A stretch of 64,000 nt of DNA, from NCBI RefSeq assembly GCF_009914755.1, contig NC_060946.1; one strand, 5' to 3'. A program made the translations under genes and the position numbers. The notes beneath the pieces are model-generated. The model had not been told where the DNA came from and did not search any database. It saw nothing but the letters and a program-made list of their open reading frames with translations. The first letter of the stretch is position 1. Each line of letters starts with the position of its first letter. Source of the stretch: the human T2T-CHM13v2.0 reference genome, Homo sapiens. Positions 30,001-46,100 of the stretch are shown here, piece after piece.

Positions 30001-33000
30001 GAATGGAATCAACCAGAGTGGAATGGAAAGGAATGGAATGGAATGGAATGGAATGGAATGGAATGGAATGGAATGGAATGGAATGGAATAGAATGTAATG
30101 GAATGGAACGGAATGGAACGGAATGGAATGGAATGGAATGGAATGGAATGGAATGGCATGGAATGGAATGGAATGGAGTGGAATCAACCCGAGTGGAATG
30201 GAGTGGAATGGACTGTAATGGCATGGAATGGAATGGAATGGAGTGGAATAAACACAAGTGGAATGGAATGGAATGGAATGGACTACAAACAACCAGAGTG
30301 CAATGGAATGGAATAGAATGGAATGGAATGGAATGGAATGAAATATACACGAGTGGAATGGAATGGAATGGAATGGAAGAGAATGGAATGGAATCAACTC
30401 GAGTGGAAAGGAATGGAATGGAAAGGAATGGAATGGAATGGAAAGGAATGGAATGCAATGGAATGCAGTGTTATGGAATGGAATCAACCCGAGTGGAATG
30501 GAATGGAATGGAATGGAATGGAATGGAATGGAATGGAGTGCAATGGAATGGACAGGAGTGGAATGGAATGGAATTTAATGGAATGGAATGGACAGGAATG
30601 GAATGGAATGGAATGGAATGGAATGGAATGGAATGGAGTGGAATGGGCTAGAATGGAATGGAATGGAATGAAATCAACCCGATTGGAATGGAATGGAATG
30701 CAATGGAATGGAATGGAATGGAATCAACTGGAAAGGAATCAAATGGAACGGAGTGGAATGGAATGGAATGGAATGGAATGGAATGGAATGGAATGGAATG
30801 GAATCAACCCTAGTGGAATGGAATGGAATGAAATCAAACTGAGTGGAATGGAAGGGAATGGAATGCAATGGAATGTAATGGAGTGGAAGGCATTTGAATC
30901 AACTGGAATGGAATGGAAAGGAATGGAATGGAATGGAATCAACCCCAGTGGAATGGAATGGAATGGAATGGATTATAATGGAATGGAATGGAATCAATCT
31001 GGGTGGAATGGAATGGAATGGAATGGAATGGAATGGAATGGAATGGAATGGAATGGACTGTAACGGCATGGAATGCAATGGAATGGAGTGGAATCAACCC
31101 GAGTGGAATGGAATGGAATGGACTGTAACGGCATGGAACGGAATGGAATGGAGTGGAATCAAACCGAGAGGAATGGAATGGAATGGAATGGAATGGAATG
31201 GAATGGAATAGAATGGAATCAATTCGAATGCAATGTAATGGTATAGAATGGAATGGAATGGAATGGAATCAACCAGAGTGGAATGGAATGGAATGGAATG
31301 GAATGGAATGGAATGGAATAGAATGTAATGGAATGGAACGGAATGGAACGGAATGGAATGGAATGGAATGGAATGGAATGGAATGGAATGGCATGGAATG
31401 GAATGGAATGGAGTGGAATCAACCCGAGTGGAATGGAGTGGAATGGACTGTAATGGCATGGAATGGAATGGAATGGAGTGGAATAAACACAAGTGGAATG
31501 GAATGGAATGGAATGGACTACAATCAACCAGAGTGCAATGGAATGGAATAGAATGGAATGGAATGGAATGGAATGAAATAAACACGAGTGGAATGGAATG
31601 GAATGGAATGGAAGAGAATGGAATGGAATCAACTCGAGTGGAAAGGAATGGAATGGAAAGGAATGGAATGGAATGGAAAGGAATGGAATGAAATGGAATG
31701 CAGTGTTATGGAATGGAATCAACCCGAGTGGAATGGAATGGAATGGAATGGAATGGAATGGAATGGAATGGAATGGAATGCAATGGAATGGACAGGAGTG
31801 GAATGGAATGGAATTCAATGGAATGGAATGGACAGGAATGGAATGGAATGGAATGGAATGGAATGGAATGGAGTGGAATGGACTAGAATGGAATGGAATG
31901 GAATGAAATCAACCCGATTGGAATGGAATGGAATGCAATGGAATGGAATGGAATCAACTGGAAAGGAATCAAATGGAACGGAATGGAATGGAATGGAATG
32001 GAATGGAATGGAATGGAATGGAATGGAATCAACCCTAGTGGAATGGAATGGAATGAAATCAAACTGAGTGGAATGGAAGGGAATGGAATGCAATGGAATG
32101 TAATGGAGTGGAAGGCATTTGAATCAACTGGAATGGAATGGAAAGGAATGGAATGGAATGGAATCAACCCCAGTGGAATGGAATGGAATGGAATGGATTA
32201 TAATGGAATGGAATGGAATCAATCTAGGTGGAATGGAATGGAATGGAATGGATTATAATGGAATGGAATGGAATCAATCCGGGTGGAGTGGAATTGAATG
32301 GAATGGAATGGAATGGAATGGAATGGATTGGAATTCAATGTAATGGAAACAACCCGAGTGGAATGTAATGGAATGGAAAGGCCTGGAATGTAATGGAATG
32401 GATTGGAATCAACCCGATTCCAATGCAAAGGAATGGAATGGAATGGAATGGAAGGGAATGGAATGGAATGGATAGGAATGGAATGAACTGTAATGGAATG
32501 GAATGGAATGGAATTTAATGGAATGGAATGGAATCAACCCGAGTGGAGTGGAATGGAATGGAATGGAAATGAATGGAATAGAATGGAATGGAATGGAACG
32601 GAACGGAATGGAAAGAACCCGAGTGGAATGGATTGTAATGGAAATGAATGGAATAGAAGGAAATGGAATGGAATGGAACGGAATGGAACGAACCCGAGTG
32701 GAATGGATTGGAATGGAATGGAATGGAAAGGAACGGAATGGAATGGATTGGAATGGAATCAACCCGAGTGGAATGGAATGGAATGGAATCAAACTGAGTG
32801 GAATGGAAGGGAATGGAATGCAATGGAATGTAATGGAGTGGAAGGCATTTGAATCAACTGGAATGGAATGGAATGGAATGGAATGGAATGGAATGGAATC
32901 AACCCCAGTGGAATGGATTGGATGGGAATGGATTATAATGGAATGGAATGGAATCAATCCGAGTGGAATGGAATGGAATGGAATGGATTATAGTTGAATG

Positions 33001-34182
33001 GAATGGAATCAATCCTTGTGGAATGGAGTGGAATGGAATGGAATAGAATGGAATGGAATTCAATGTAATGGAAACAAACCGAGTGGAATGTAATGGAATG
33101 GAAAGGACTGGAATCTAATGGAATGTATTGGAATCAACCTGATTCCAATGCAACGGAATGGAAAGGAATGGAATGCAATGGAAGGGAATGGAATGGAATG
33201 GAAAAGAATGGAATAAACTGGAATTGAATGGAATGGAATGGAATTTAATTGAATGGAATGGAATGGAATGGAATGGAATGGAATGGAATCAACCCGAGTG
33301 GAGTGGAATGGAATGCAATGAAAATGAATGGAATGGAATGGAATGGAATGGAATGGAATGGAATGGAATCAACCCGAGTGGAGTGGAATGGAATGCAATG
33401 GAAATGAATGGAATAGAATGGAATGGAATGGAACGGAACGGAATGGAATGAACCCGAGTGGAATGGAATGGAATAGAATGGAATGGAAAGGCACGAAATG
33501 GAATGGAATGGAATGGAATGGAATGGAATGGAATGGAATGGAATCAACCCGAGTGGAATGGAATGGAATGGAATCAAACTGAGTGGAATGGAATGGAATG
33601 GAATGGAATGGAATGGAATGGAATGGAATGGAGTGGAAGGCATTAGAATCACCTGGAATGGAATGGAATGGAATGGAATGGAATGGAATGGAATGGAATC
33701 AACCCGAGTGGAATGGAATGGAATGGAATCAAACTGAGTGGAAAGGAATGGAATGGAATGGAATGGAATGGAATGGAATGGAATGGAATGGAATGGAATG
33801 GAATCAACCCGAGTGGAATGGAATGGAATGGAATCAAACTGAGTGGAATGGAAGGGAATGGAATGCAATGGAATGTAATGGAGTGGAAGGCATTTGAATC
33901 AACTGGAATGGAATGGAATGGAATGGAATGGAATGGAATCAACCCCAGTGGAATGGATTGGATGGGAATGGATTATAATGGAATGGAATGGAATCAATCC
34001 GAGTGGAATGGAATGGAATGGAATGGATTATAGTTGAATGGAATGGAATCAATCCTTGTGGAATGGAGTGGAATGGAATGGAATAGAATGGAATGGAATT
34101 CAATGTAATGGAAACAAACCGAGTGGAATGAAATGGAATGGAAAGGACTGGAATCTAATGGAATGTATTGGAATCAACCTGA
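21019..34182 (+). repeat. HSat3 HOR copy 3, expanded variant (~13.2 kb) with ~1.9-kb and ~1.04-kb internal tandem duplications
   Basis: Same marker order as copies 1 and 2. GTTAGGGAAT (25731, 27611), GTTATAGAAT (26631, 28531) and TAGTTGAATG (32991, 34031) each occur twice. Confidence 0.85.
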
Positions 34183-37100
34183 TTCCAATGCAACGGAATG
34201 GAATGGAATGGAATGCAATGGAAGGGAATGGAATGGAATGGAAAAGAATGGAATAAACTGGAATTGAATGGAATGGAATGGAATTTAATGGAATGGAATG
34301 GAATGGAATGGAATGCAATGGAATCAACCCGAGTGGAGTGGAAAGGAATGCAATGGAAATGAATGGAATGGAATGGAATGGAATGGAATGGAATGGAATC
34401 AACTCGAGTGGAGTGGAATGGAATGCAATGGAAATGAATGGAATAGAATGGAATGGAATGCAACGGAACGGAATGGAATGAACCCGAGTGGAATGGAATG
34501 GAATAGAATGGAATGGAAAGGCACGAAATGGAATGGAATGGAATGGAATGGAATGGAATGGAATGGAATCAACCCGAGTGGAATGGAATGGAATGGAATC
34601 AAACTGAGTGGAATGGAATGGAATGGAATGGAATGGAATGGAGTGGAAGGCATTAGAATCACCTGGAATGGAATGGAATGGAATGGAATGGAATGGAATG
34701 GAATCAACCCGAGTGGAATGGAATGGAATGGAATCAAACTGAGTGGAAAGGAATGGAATGGAATGGAATGGAATGGAATGGAATGGAATGGAATGGAATC
34801 AACCACAGTGGAATGGAATGGAATGGAACAGATTATAATAGAATGGAATGGAATCAATCCGGGTGGAATGGAATGGAATGGAATGGAATGGAATGGAATC
34901 AACTCGAGTGGAATGAAATGTAACTTGATGGAATGGAATGGAATGGAATGGAATGGAATGGAATGGAATGGAATGGAATACAATGGAATCAATTCGAGTG
35001 CCATGTAATGGTATAGAATGGAATGGAATGGAATGGAATGAAATGGAATGGAATGGAATGGAATGGAATCATCCAGAGTGGAATGGAATGGAATGGAATG
35101 GAATGGAATATATTGGAATGGAATGGAATGGAATGGAATGGAATATATTGGAATGGAATGCAACGGAATCAACTGGAATGGAATGGAATGGAATGGAATG
35201 GATTATAATGGAATGGAATGGAATCAATCCGGGTGGAATGGAATGGAATGGAATGGAATGGAATTCAATGTAATGGAAACAAACCGAGAGGAATGTAATG
35301 GAATGGAAAGGACTGGAATGTAATGGAATGGATTGGAATCAAACCGATTCCAATGCAACGGAATGGAATGGAATGGAATGGAAAGAAATCAACCCGAATG
35401 GAATGGATTGGAATAGAGTGGAATGGAATGGAATGGCATGGAATGCAATGAAATCAACTAGAATGGAATGGAATGGAATGGAATGAACAGGAATGGAATG
35501 GAATGGAATGGAATGGAATGGAGTGGAATGGAATGCAATGGAATGAAATCAACCCGATTGGAATGGAATGGAATGCAATGGAATGGAATGGAATCAACTG
35601 GAAATGAATCAAATGGAACGGAATCGAATGGAATGGAATGGAATGGAATGGAACGGAACGGAATCAACCTCTGTGGAATGGAATGGAATGGAATGGATTA
35701 TAACGGAATGGAATGGAATCAATCCGGGTGGAATGGAATGGAATGGAATGGAATGGAATGGAATGGAATGCAATGGAATGGACAGGAATGGAATGGAATG
35801 GAATTCAATGGAATGGAATGGACAGGAATGCAATGGAATGTAATGGAATGGAATGGAATGGAGTGGAATGGACTAGAATGGAATGGAATGGAATGAAATC
35901 AACCCGATTGGAATGGAATAGAATGCAATGGAATGGAATGCAATCAACTGGAAAGGAATCAAATGGAACGGAATGGAATAGAATGGAATGGATTGGAATG
36001 GAAAGGAATGGATTCAACCCGAGTGGAATGGAATGGAATAGAACGGAATAAACACGAGTGGAATGGAATGGAATGGAATGGAATGGAATGGAATGGAATC
36101 AACTCGAGTGGAATGAAATGTAATGTAATGGAATGGAATGGAATTGAATGGAATAAACACGAGTGGAATGGAATGGAATGGAATGGAATGGAATAGAATG
36201 GAGTCAATTCAAGTGCAATGGAATGGTATACAATGGAATCGAATGGAATGGAATCAACCAGAGTGGAATGGAATGGAAAGGAATGGAATGGAATGGAACG
36301 GAACGGAACGGAACGGAATGGAATGGCATGGAATGGAATGGAATGGCATGGAATGGAATGGAATGGAATGGAATGGAATGGAATGGAATATAACGGCATG
36401 CAATGGAATGGAATGGAGTGGATTCAACCCGAGTGGAATGGAGTGGATTGAACTGTAACGGCATGGAATGGAATGGAATGGAGTGGAATAAACAAGAGTG
36501 GAATGGAATGGAATAGAATGGAATGGAATGGAATGGAGTGAAATAAACTCGAGTGGAATGGAATGGAATGGAATAGAATGGAATGGAATGGAAAGGAATG
36601 GAAGAGAATGGAATGAAATCAACTCGAGTGGAAAGGAATGGAATGGAAAGGAATGGAATGGAATGGAAAGGAATGGAATGCAATGGAATGCAGTGTTATG
36701 GAATGGAATCAACCCGAGTGGAATGGAATGGAATGGAATGGAATGGAATGGACAGGAATGGAATAGAATGGAATGGAATGGAATGGAATGGAATGGAATG
36801 GAATGGAATGGAGTGGAATGGACTAGAATGGAATGGAATGGAATGAAATCAACCCGATGGGAATGGAATGGAATGCAATGGAATGGAATGGAATCAACTG
36901 GAAAGGAATCAAATGGAACGGAATGGAATTGAATGGAATGGATTGGAATGGAATGGAATGGAATCAAACCTAGTAGAATGGAATGGAAAGAATGGAATGT
37001 ACAGGAATGGAATGGAATGGAATTTAATGGAATGGAATGGAATGGAATGGAATTTAATAGAATGGAATGGAATGGAATGGAATAGAATGGAATGGAATCA

Positions 37101-40100
37101 ACCCGATTGGAGTCAAATGAAATGGAATGGAAATGAATGGAATAGAATGGAATGGAATGGAACGGAAAGGAATGGCATGAACCCGAGTGGAATTGAATGG
37201 AATGGAATGGAATGGAATGGAATGGAATGGAATCGAAAGGCACGGAATGGAATGGAATGGAATGGAATGGAATGGAATGGAATCAACCCGAGTGGAATGG
37301 AATGGAATGGAATCAAACTGAGTGGAATGGAATGGAATGGAATGAAATGGAATGTAATGGAGTGGAAGGCATTAGAATCAACTGGAATGGAATGGAGTGT
37401 TATGGAATGGAATCAACGCCAGTGGAATGGAATGGAATGGAATGGATAATAATGGAATGGAATGGAATCAATCCGGGTGGAATGGAATGGAATGGAATGC
37501 AATGGAATGGAATGGAATCAACTCGAGTGGAATGAAATGTAACGTAATGTAACGGAATGGAATGGAATGGAATGGAATAGAATGGAATCAATTCGAGTGT
37601 AATATAACGGTATACAATGGAATGGAATGGAATGGAATGGAATCAACTAGAGTGGAAACGAATGGAAAGGAATGGAATGGAATGGAATGGAGTGTAATGG
37701 AATGGAATGGAATGGAATGGAATGGAATGGAATGGAATGGAATAGAATGGAGTCAATTCAAGTGCAATGGAATGGTATACAATGGAATCGAATGGAATGG
37801 AATCAACCAGAGTGGAATGGAATGGAAAGGAATGGAATGGAATGGAATAGAATGGTATCAATTCGAGTGTAATATAACGGTATAGAATGGAATGGAATGG
37901 AATGGAATCAACTAGAGTGGAAACGAATGGAAAGGAATGGAAAGGAATGGAATGGAGTGTAATGGAATGGAATAGAATGGAATGGCATGGAATGGAATGG
38001 AATGGAGTGGAATCAACCACAGTGGAATGGAGTGCAATGGACTGTAACGGCATGGAATGGAATGGAATGGAGTGGAATAAACACGAGTGCAATGGAATGG
38101 AATGGAATGGACTGGAATGGAATGGAATGGAATCAACCCGAGTGAAATGGAATGGAATAGAATGGAATGAAATAAACACGAGTGGAAAGGAATGGAATGG
38201 AATGGAATGGAAGAGAATGGAATGGAATCAACTCGAGTGGAAAGGAATGGAATGGAAAGGAATGGAATGGAATGGAAAGGAATGGAACGCAATGGAATGC
38301 AATGTTATGGAATGGAATCAACCCGAGTTGAATGGAATGGAATGGAATGGAATGCAATGGAATGGAATGGAATCAACTCGAGTGGAATGAAATGTAATGG
38401 AATGGAATGGAATGGAATGGAATGGAATGGAATGGAATGGAATAGAATGCAATCATTTCGAATGCAATGTAATGGTATAGAATGGAATGGAATGGAATGG
38501 AATCAACCAGAGTGGAATGGAATGGAAAGGAATGGAATGGAATGGAATGTAACGGCATGGAATGGAATGGAATGGAGTGGAATCAACCCGAGTGGAATGG
38601 AGTGGAATGGACTGTAATGGAATGGAATGGAATGGAGTGGAATAAACACAAGTGGAAAGGAATGGAATGGAATCAAACTGAGTGGAATGGAATGGAATGG
38701 AAAGCAATGGAATGTAATGCAGTGGAAGGCATTAGAATCAACTGGAATGGAATGGAGTGGAATGGAATGGAATCAACGTCAGTGGAATGGATTGGAATGG
38801 AATGGATAATAATGGAATGGAAGGGAATCAATCCGGGTGGAATGGAATGGAATGGAATGCAATGGAATGAAATGGAATCAACTCGAGTGGAATGAAATGT
38901 AACGTAATGGAATGGAATGGAATGGAATGGAATGGAATGGAATAGAATGGAATCAATTCGAGTGCAATATAATGGAATACAATGGAATGGAATGGAATGG
39001 AATCAACCAGAGTGGAATGGAATGGAAAGGAATGGAATGGAATGGAATGGAATGGAATGGAATGGAATGGAATGGCACGGCATGGAATGGAATGGAATGG
39101 AGTGGAATCAACCCGAGTGGAATGGAGTGGAATGGACTGTAATGGCATGGAATGGAATGGAATGGAATGGAGTGGAATAAACACAAGTGGAATGGAATGG
39201 AATGGAATGGACTGGAATCAACCAGAGTGCAATGGAATGGAATAGAATGGAATGGAATGGAATGGAATGAAATAAACACGAGCGGAATGGAATGGAATGG
39301 AATGGAATGGAATGGAATGGAGTGGAATGGACTAGAATGGAATGGAATGGAATGAAATCAACCCGATTGGATTGGAATGGAATGCAATGGAATGGAATGG
39401 AATCAACTGGAAAGGAATCAAATGGAACGGAATGGAATGGAATGGAATGGAATGGAATGGAATGGAATGGAATGGAATGGAATGGAATGGAACGGAATGG
39501 AATCAACCTCTGTGGAATGGAATGGAATGGAATGGATTATAATGGAATGGAATGGAATCAATCCGGGTGGAATGGAATGGAATGGAATGGAATGCAATGG
39601 AATGGACAGGAATGGAATGGAATGGAATTCAATGGAATGGAATGGACAGGAATGCAATGGAATGTAATGGAATGGAATGGAATGGAGTGGAATGCACTAG
39701 AATGGAATGGAATGGAATGAAATCAACCCGATTGGAATGGAATGGAATGCAATGGAATGGAATGGAATCAACTGGAAAGGAATCAAATGGAACGGAATGG
39801 AATAGAATGGAATGGATTGGAATGGAAAGGAATGGATTCAACCCGACTGGAATGGAATGGAATAGAACGGAATAAACACGAGTGGAATGGAATGGAATGG
39901 AATGGAATGGAATCAACTCGAGTGGAATGAAATGTAATGTAATGGAATGGAATGGAATTGAATGGAATAAACACGAGTGGAATGGAATGGAATGGAATGG
40001 AATGGAATAGAATGGAGTCAATTCAAGTGCAATGGAATGGTATACAATGGAATCGAATGGAATGGAATCAACCAGAGTGGAATGGAATGGAAAGGAATGG

Positions 40101-43100
40101 AATGGAATGGAACGGAACGGAATGGAATGGAATGGAATGGAATGTAACGGCATGGAATGGAATGGAATGGAATGGAATGGAATGGAATGGAATGGAATAT
40201 AACGGCATGCAATGGAATGGAATGGAGTGGATTCAACCCGAGTGGAATAGAGTGGATTGGACTGTAACGGCATGGAATGGAATGGAATGGAGTGGAATAA
40301 ACACGAGTGGAATGGAATGGAATGGAATGGACTGGAATCAACCCGAGTGCAATGGAATGGAATGCAATGGAATGGAATGGAATGGAATGGAGTGAAATAA
40401 ACTCGAGTGGAATGGAATGGAATGGAATAGAATGGAATGGAATGGAAAGGAATGGAAGAGAATGGAATGGAATCAACTCGAGTGGAAAGGAATGGAATGG
40501 AAAGGAATGGAATGGAATGGAAAGGAATGGAATGCAATGGAATGCAGTGTTATGGAATGGAATCAACCCGAGTGGAATGGAATGGAATGGAAAGGAATGG
40601 AATGCAATGGAATGCAATGTTAGGGAATGGAATCAACCCGAGTGGAATGGAATGGAATGGAATGGAATGCAATGGAATGGAATGGAATGGAATCAACCCG
40701 AGTGGAATGGAATGGAATGGAATCAAACTGAGTGGAATGGAATGGAATGGAATGCAATGGAATGTAATGCAGTGGAAGGCAATAGAATCAACTGGAATTG
40801 AATGCAGTGGAATGGAATGGAATCAACGCCAGTGGAATGGAATGGAATGGAATGGATAATAATAGAATGGAATGGAATAAATCCGGCTGGAATGGAATGG
40901 AATGGAATGCAATGGAATGAAATGGAATCAACTCGAGTGGAATGAAATGTAACGTAATATAATGTAATGGAATGGAATGGAATGGAATAGAATGGAATCA
41001 ATTCGAGTGCAATATAATGGTATAGAATGGAATGGAATAGAATCGAATGGTATCAACCGGAATGGAATGGAATGGAATGGAATGGAATGGAATGGAATGG
41101 AATGGAATGGACTGTAACGGCATGGAATGCAATGGAATGGAGTGGAATCAACCCGAGTGGAATGGAATGGAATGGACTCTAACGGCATGGAACGGAATGG
41201 AATGGAGTGGAATCAAACCGAGAGGAATGGAATGGAATGGAATGGAATGGAATGGAATAGAATGCAATCAATTTGAATGCAATGTAATGGTATAGAATGG
41301 AATGGAATGGAATGGAATCAACCAGAGTGGAATGGAATGGAATGGAATGGAATGGAATAGAATGTAATGGAATGGAACGGAATGGAACGGAACGGAATGG
41401 AATGGAATGGAATGGAATGGAATGGAATGGAATGGCATGGAATGGAATGGAATGGAGTGGAATCAACTCAAGTGGAATGGAGTGGAATGGACTGTAATGG
41501 CATGGAATGGAATGGAATGGATTGGAATAAACACAAGTGGAATGGAATGGAATGGAATGGACTACAATCAACCAGAGTGCAATGGAATGGAATAGAATGG
41601 AATGGAATGGAATGGAATGAAATAAACACGAGTGGAATGGAATGGAATGGAATGGAAGAGAATGGAATGGAATCAACTCGAGTGGAAAGGAATGGAATGG
41701 AAAGGAATGGAATGGAATGGAAAGGAATGGAATGCAATGGAATGCAGTGTTATGGAATGGAATCAACCCGAGTGGAATGGAATGGAATGGAATGGAATGG
41801 AATGGAATGGAATGCAATGGAATGGACAGGAGTGGAATGGAATGGAATTCAATGGAATGGAATGGACAGGAATGGAATGGAATGGAATGGAATGGAGTGG
41901 AATGGACTAGAATGGAATGGAATGGAATGAAATCAACCCGATTGGAATGGAATGGAATGCAATGGAATGGAATGGAATCAACTGGAAAGGAATCAAATGG
42001 AACGGAATGGAATGGAATGGAATGGAATGGAACGGAATGGAATGGAATGGAATGGAATGGAATCAACCCTAGTGGAATGGAATGGAATGAAATCAAACTG
42101 AGTGGAATGGAAGGGAATGGAATGCAATGGAATGTAATGGAGTGGAAGGCATTTGAATCAACTGGAATGGAATGGAAAGGAATGGAATGGAATGGAATCA
42201 ACCCCAGTGGAATGGAATGGAATGGAATGGATTATAATGGAATGGAATGGAATCAATCTGGGTGGAATGGAATGGAATGCAATGGATTATAATGGAATGG
42301 AATGGAATCAATCCGGGTGGAGTGGAATTGAATGGAATGGAATGGAATGGAATGGAATGGAATGGATTGGAATTCCATGTAATGGAAACAACCCGAGTGG
42401 AATGTAATGGAATGGAAAGGACGGGAATGTAATGGAATGGATTGGAATCAACCCGATTCCAATGCAAAGGAATGGAATGGAATGGAATGGAATGGAATGG
42501 AAGGGAATGGAATGGAATGGAAAGGAATGGAATGAACTGTAATGGAATGGAATGGAATGGAATTTAATGGAATGGAATGGAATCAACCCGAGTGGAGTGG
42601 AATGGAATGGAATGGAAATGAATGGAATAGAATGGAATGGAATGGAACGGAACGGAATGGAAAGAACCCGAGTGGAATGGATTGTAATGGAAATGAATGG
42701 AATAGAAGGGAATGGAATGGAATGGAACGGAATGGAACGAACCCGAGTGGAATGGATTGGAATGGAATGGAATGGAAAGGAACGGAATGGAATGGATTGG
42801 AATGGAATCAACCCGAGTGGAATGGAATGGAATGGAATGAAATCAAACTGAGTGGAATGGAAGGGAATGGAATGCAATGGAATGTAATGGAGTGGAAGGC
42901 ATTTGAATCAACTGGAATGGAATGGAATGGAATGGAATGGAATGGAATCAACCCCAGTGGAATGGATTGGATGGGAATGGATTATAATGGAATGGAATGG
43001 AATCAATCCGAGTGGAATGGAATGGAATGGAATGGATTATAGTTGAATGGAATGGAATCAATCCTTGTGGAATGGAGTGGAATGGAATGGAATAGAATGG

Positions 43101-46100
43101 AATGGAATTCAATGTAATGGAAACAAACCGAGTGGAATGTAATGGAATGGAAAGGACTGGAATCTAATGGAATGTATTGGAATCAACCTGATTCCAATGC
43201 AACGGAATGGAATGGAATGGAATGCAATGGAAGGGAATGGAATGGAATGGAAAAGAATGGAATAAACTGGAATTGAATGGAATGGAATGGAATTTAATGG
43301 AATGGAATGGAATGGAATGGAATGGAATGGAATCAACTAGAAATGAATCAAATGGAACGGAATGGAATGGAATGGAATGGAATGGAATGGAATGGAATGG
43401 AACGGAACGGAATCAACCTCTGTGGAATGGAATGGAATGGAATGGATTATAATGGAATGGAATGGAATCAATCCGGGTGGAATGGAATGGAATGGAATGG
43501 AATGCAATGGAATGGACAGGAATGGAATGGAATGGAATTCAATGGAATGGAATGGACAGGAATGCAATGGAATGTAATGTAATGGAATGGAATGGAGTGG
43601 AATGCACTAGAATGGAATGGAATGGAATGAAATCAACCCGATTGGAATGGAATGGAATGCAATGGAATGGAATGGAATCAACTGGAAAGGAATCAAATGG
43701 AACGGAATGGAATAGAATGGAATGGATTGGAATGGAAAAGAATGGATTCAACCCGAGTGGAATGGAATGGAATAGAACGGAATAAACACGAGTGGAATGG
43801 AATGGAATGGAATGGAATGGAATGGAATGGAATGGAATCAACTCGAGTGGAATGAAATGTAATGTAATGGAATGGAATGGAATTGAATGGAATAAACACG
43901 AGTGGAATGGAATGGAATGGAATAGAATGGAGTCAATTCAAGTGCAATGGAATGGTATACAATGGAATCGAATGGAATGGAATCAACCAGAGTGGAATGG
44001 AATGGAAAGGAATGGAATGGAATGGAACGGAACGGAATGGAATGGAATGGAATGGAATGTAACGGCATGGAATGGAATGGAATGGAATGGAATGGAATGG
44101 AATGGAGTATAACGGCATGCAATGGAATGGAATGGAGTGGATTCAACCCGAGTGGAATGGAGTGGATTGGACTGTAACGGCATGGAATGGAATGGAATGG
44201 AGTGGAATAAACACGAGTGGAATGGAATGGAATGGAATGGACTGGAATCAACCCGAGTGCAATGGAATGGAATGGAATGGAATGGAATGGAATGGAGTGA
44301 AATAAAGTCGAGTGGAATGGAATGGAATGGAATAGAATGGAATGGAATGGAAAGGAATGGAAGAGAATGGAATGGAATCAACTCGAGTGGAAAGGAATGG
44401 AATGGAAAGGAATGGAATGGAATGGAAAGGAATGGAATGCAATGGAATTCAGTGTTATGGAATGGAATCAACCCGAGTGGAATGGAATGGAATGGAATGG
44501 AATGGAATGGATTGGAATGGAATGGACAGGAATGGAATGGAATGGAATGGAATGGAATGGAACGGAATGGACAGGAATGGAATGAAATGGAATGGAATGG
44601 AGTGGAATGGACTAGAATGGAATGGACTAGAATGGAGTGGAATGGAATGAAATCAACCCGATGGGAATGGAATGGAATGCAATGGAATGGAATGGAATCA
44701 ACTGGAAAGGAATCAAATGGAACGGAATGGAATTGAATGGAATGGATTGGAATGGAATGGAATGGAATCAAACCTAGTAGAATGGAATGGAAAGAATGGA
44801 ATGTACAGGAATGGAATGGAATGGAATGGAATTTAACAGAATGGAATGGAATGGAATGGAATTTAATAGAATGGAATGGAATGGAATGGAATGGAATGGA
44901 ATGGAATGGAATCAACCCGATTGGAGTCAAATAAAATGGAATGGAAATGAATGGAATAGAATGGAATGGAATGGAACGGAAAGGAATGGCATGAACCCGA
45001 GTGGAATGGAATAGAATGGTATGGAATGGAATGGAATGGAATGGAATGGAATGGAATCGAAAGGCATGGAATGGAATGGAATGGAATGGAATCAACCCGA
45101 GTGGAATGGAATGGAATGGAATCAAACTGAGTGGAATGGAATGGAATGGAATGCAATGGAATGTAACGGAGTGGAAGGCATTAGAATCAACTGGAATGGA
45201 ATGGAGTGGAATGGAATGGAATCAACGCCAGTGGAATGGAATGGAATGAAATGGATAATAATGGAATGGAATGGAATCAATCCGGGTGGAATGGAATGGA
45301 ATGGAATGCAATGGAATGGAATGGAATCAACTCGAGTGGAATGAAATGTAACGTAATGGAATGGAATGGAATGGAATGGAATAGAATGGAATCAATTCGA
45401 GTATAATATAACGGTATAGAATGGAATGGAATGGAATGGAATGGAATCAACTAGAGTGGAAACGAATGGAAAGGAATGGAATGGAATGGAATGGAGTGTA
45501 ATGGAATGGAATGGAATGGAATGGAATGGAATGGAATGGAATGGCATGGAATGGAATGGAATGGAGTGGAATCAACCAGAGTGGAATGGAGTGCAATGGA
45601 CTGTAACGGCATGGAATGGAATGGAATGGAGTGGAATAAACACGAATGGAATGGAATGGAATGGAATGGAATGGACTGGAATGGAATGGAATGGAATCAA
45701 CCCGACTGAAACGGAATGGAATAGAATGGAATGAAATAAACACGAGTGGAAAGGAATGGAATGGAATGGAATGGAAGAGAATGGAATGGAATCAACTCGA
45801 GTGGAAAGGAATGGAATGGAAAGGAATGGAATGGAATGGAAAGGAATGGAATGCAATGGAATGCAATGTTATGGAATGGAATCAACCCGAGTTGAATGGA
45901 ATGGAATGGAATGGAATAAAATGGAATGGAATGGAATCAACTCGAGTGGAATGAAATGTAATGTAATGTAATGTAATGGAATGGAATGGAATGGAATGGA
46001 ATGGAATGGAATAGAATGGAATCATTTCGAATGCAATGTAATGGTATAGAATGGAATGGAATGGAATGGAATCAACCAGAGTGGAATGGAATGGAAAGGA

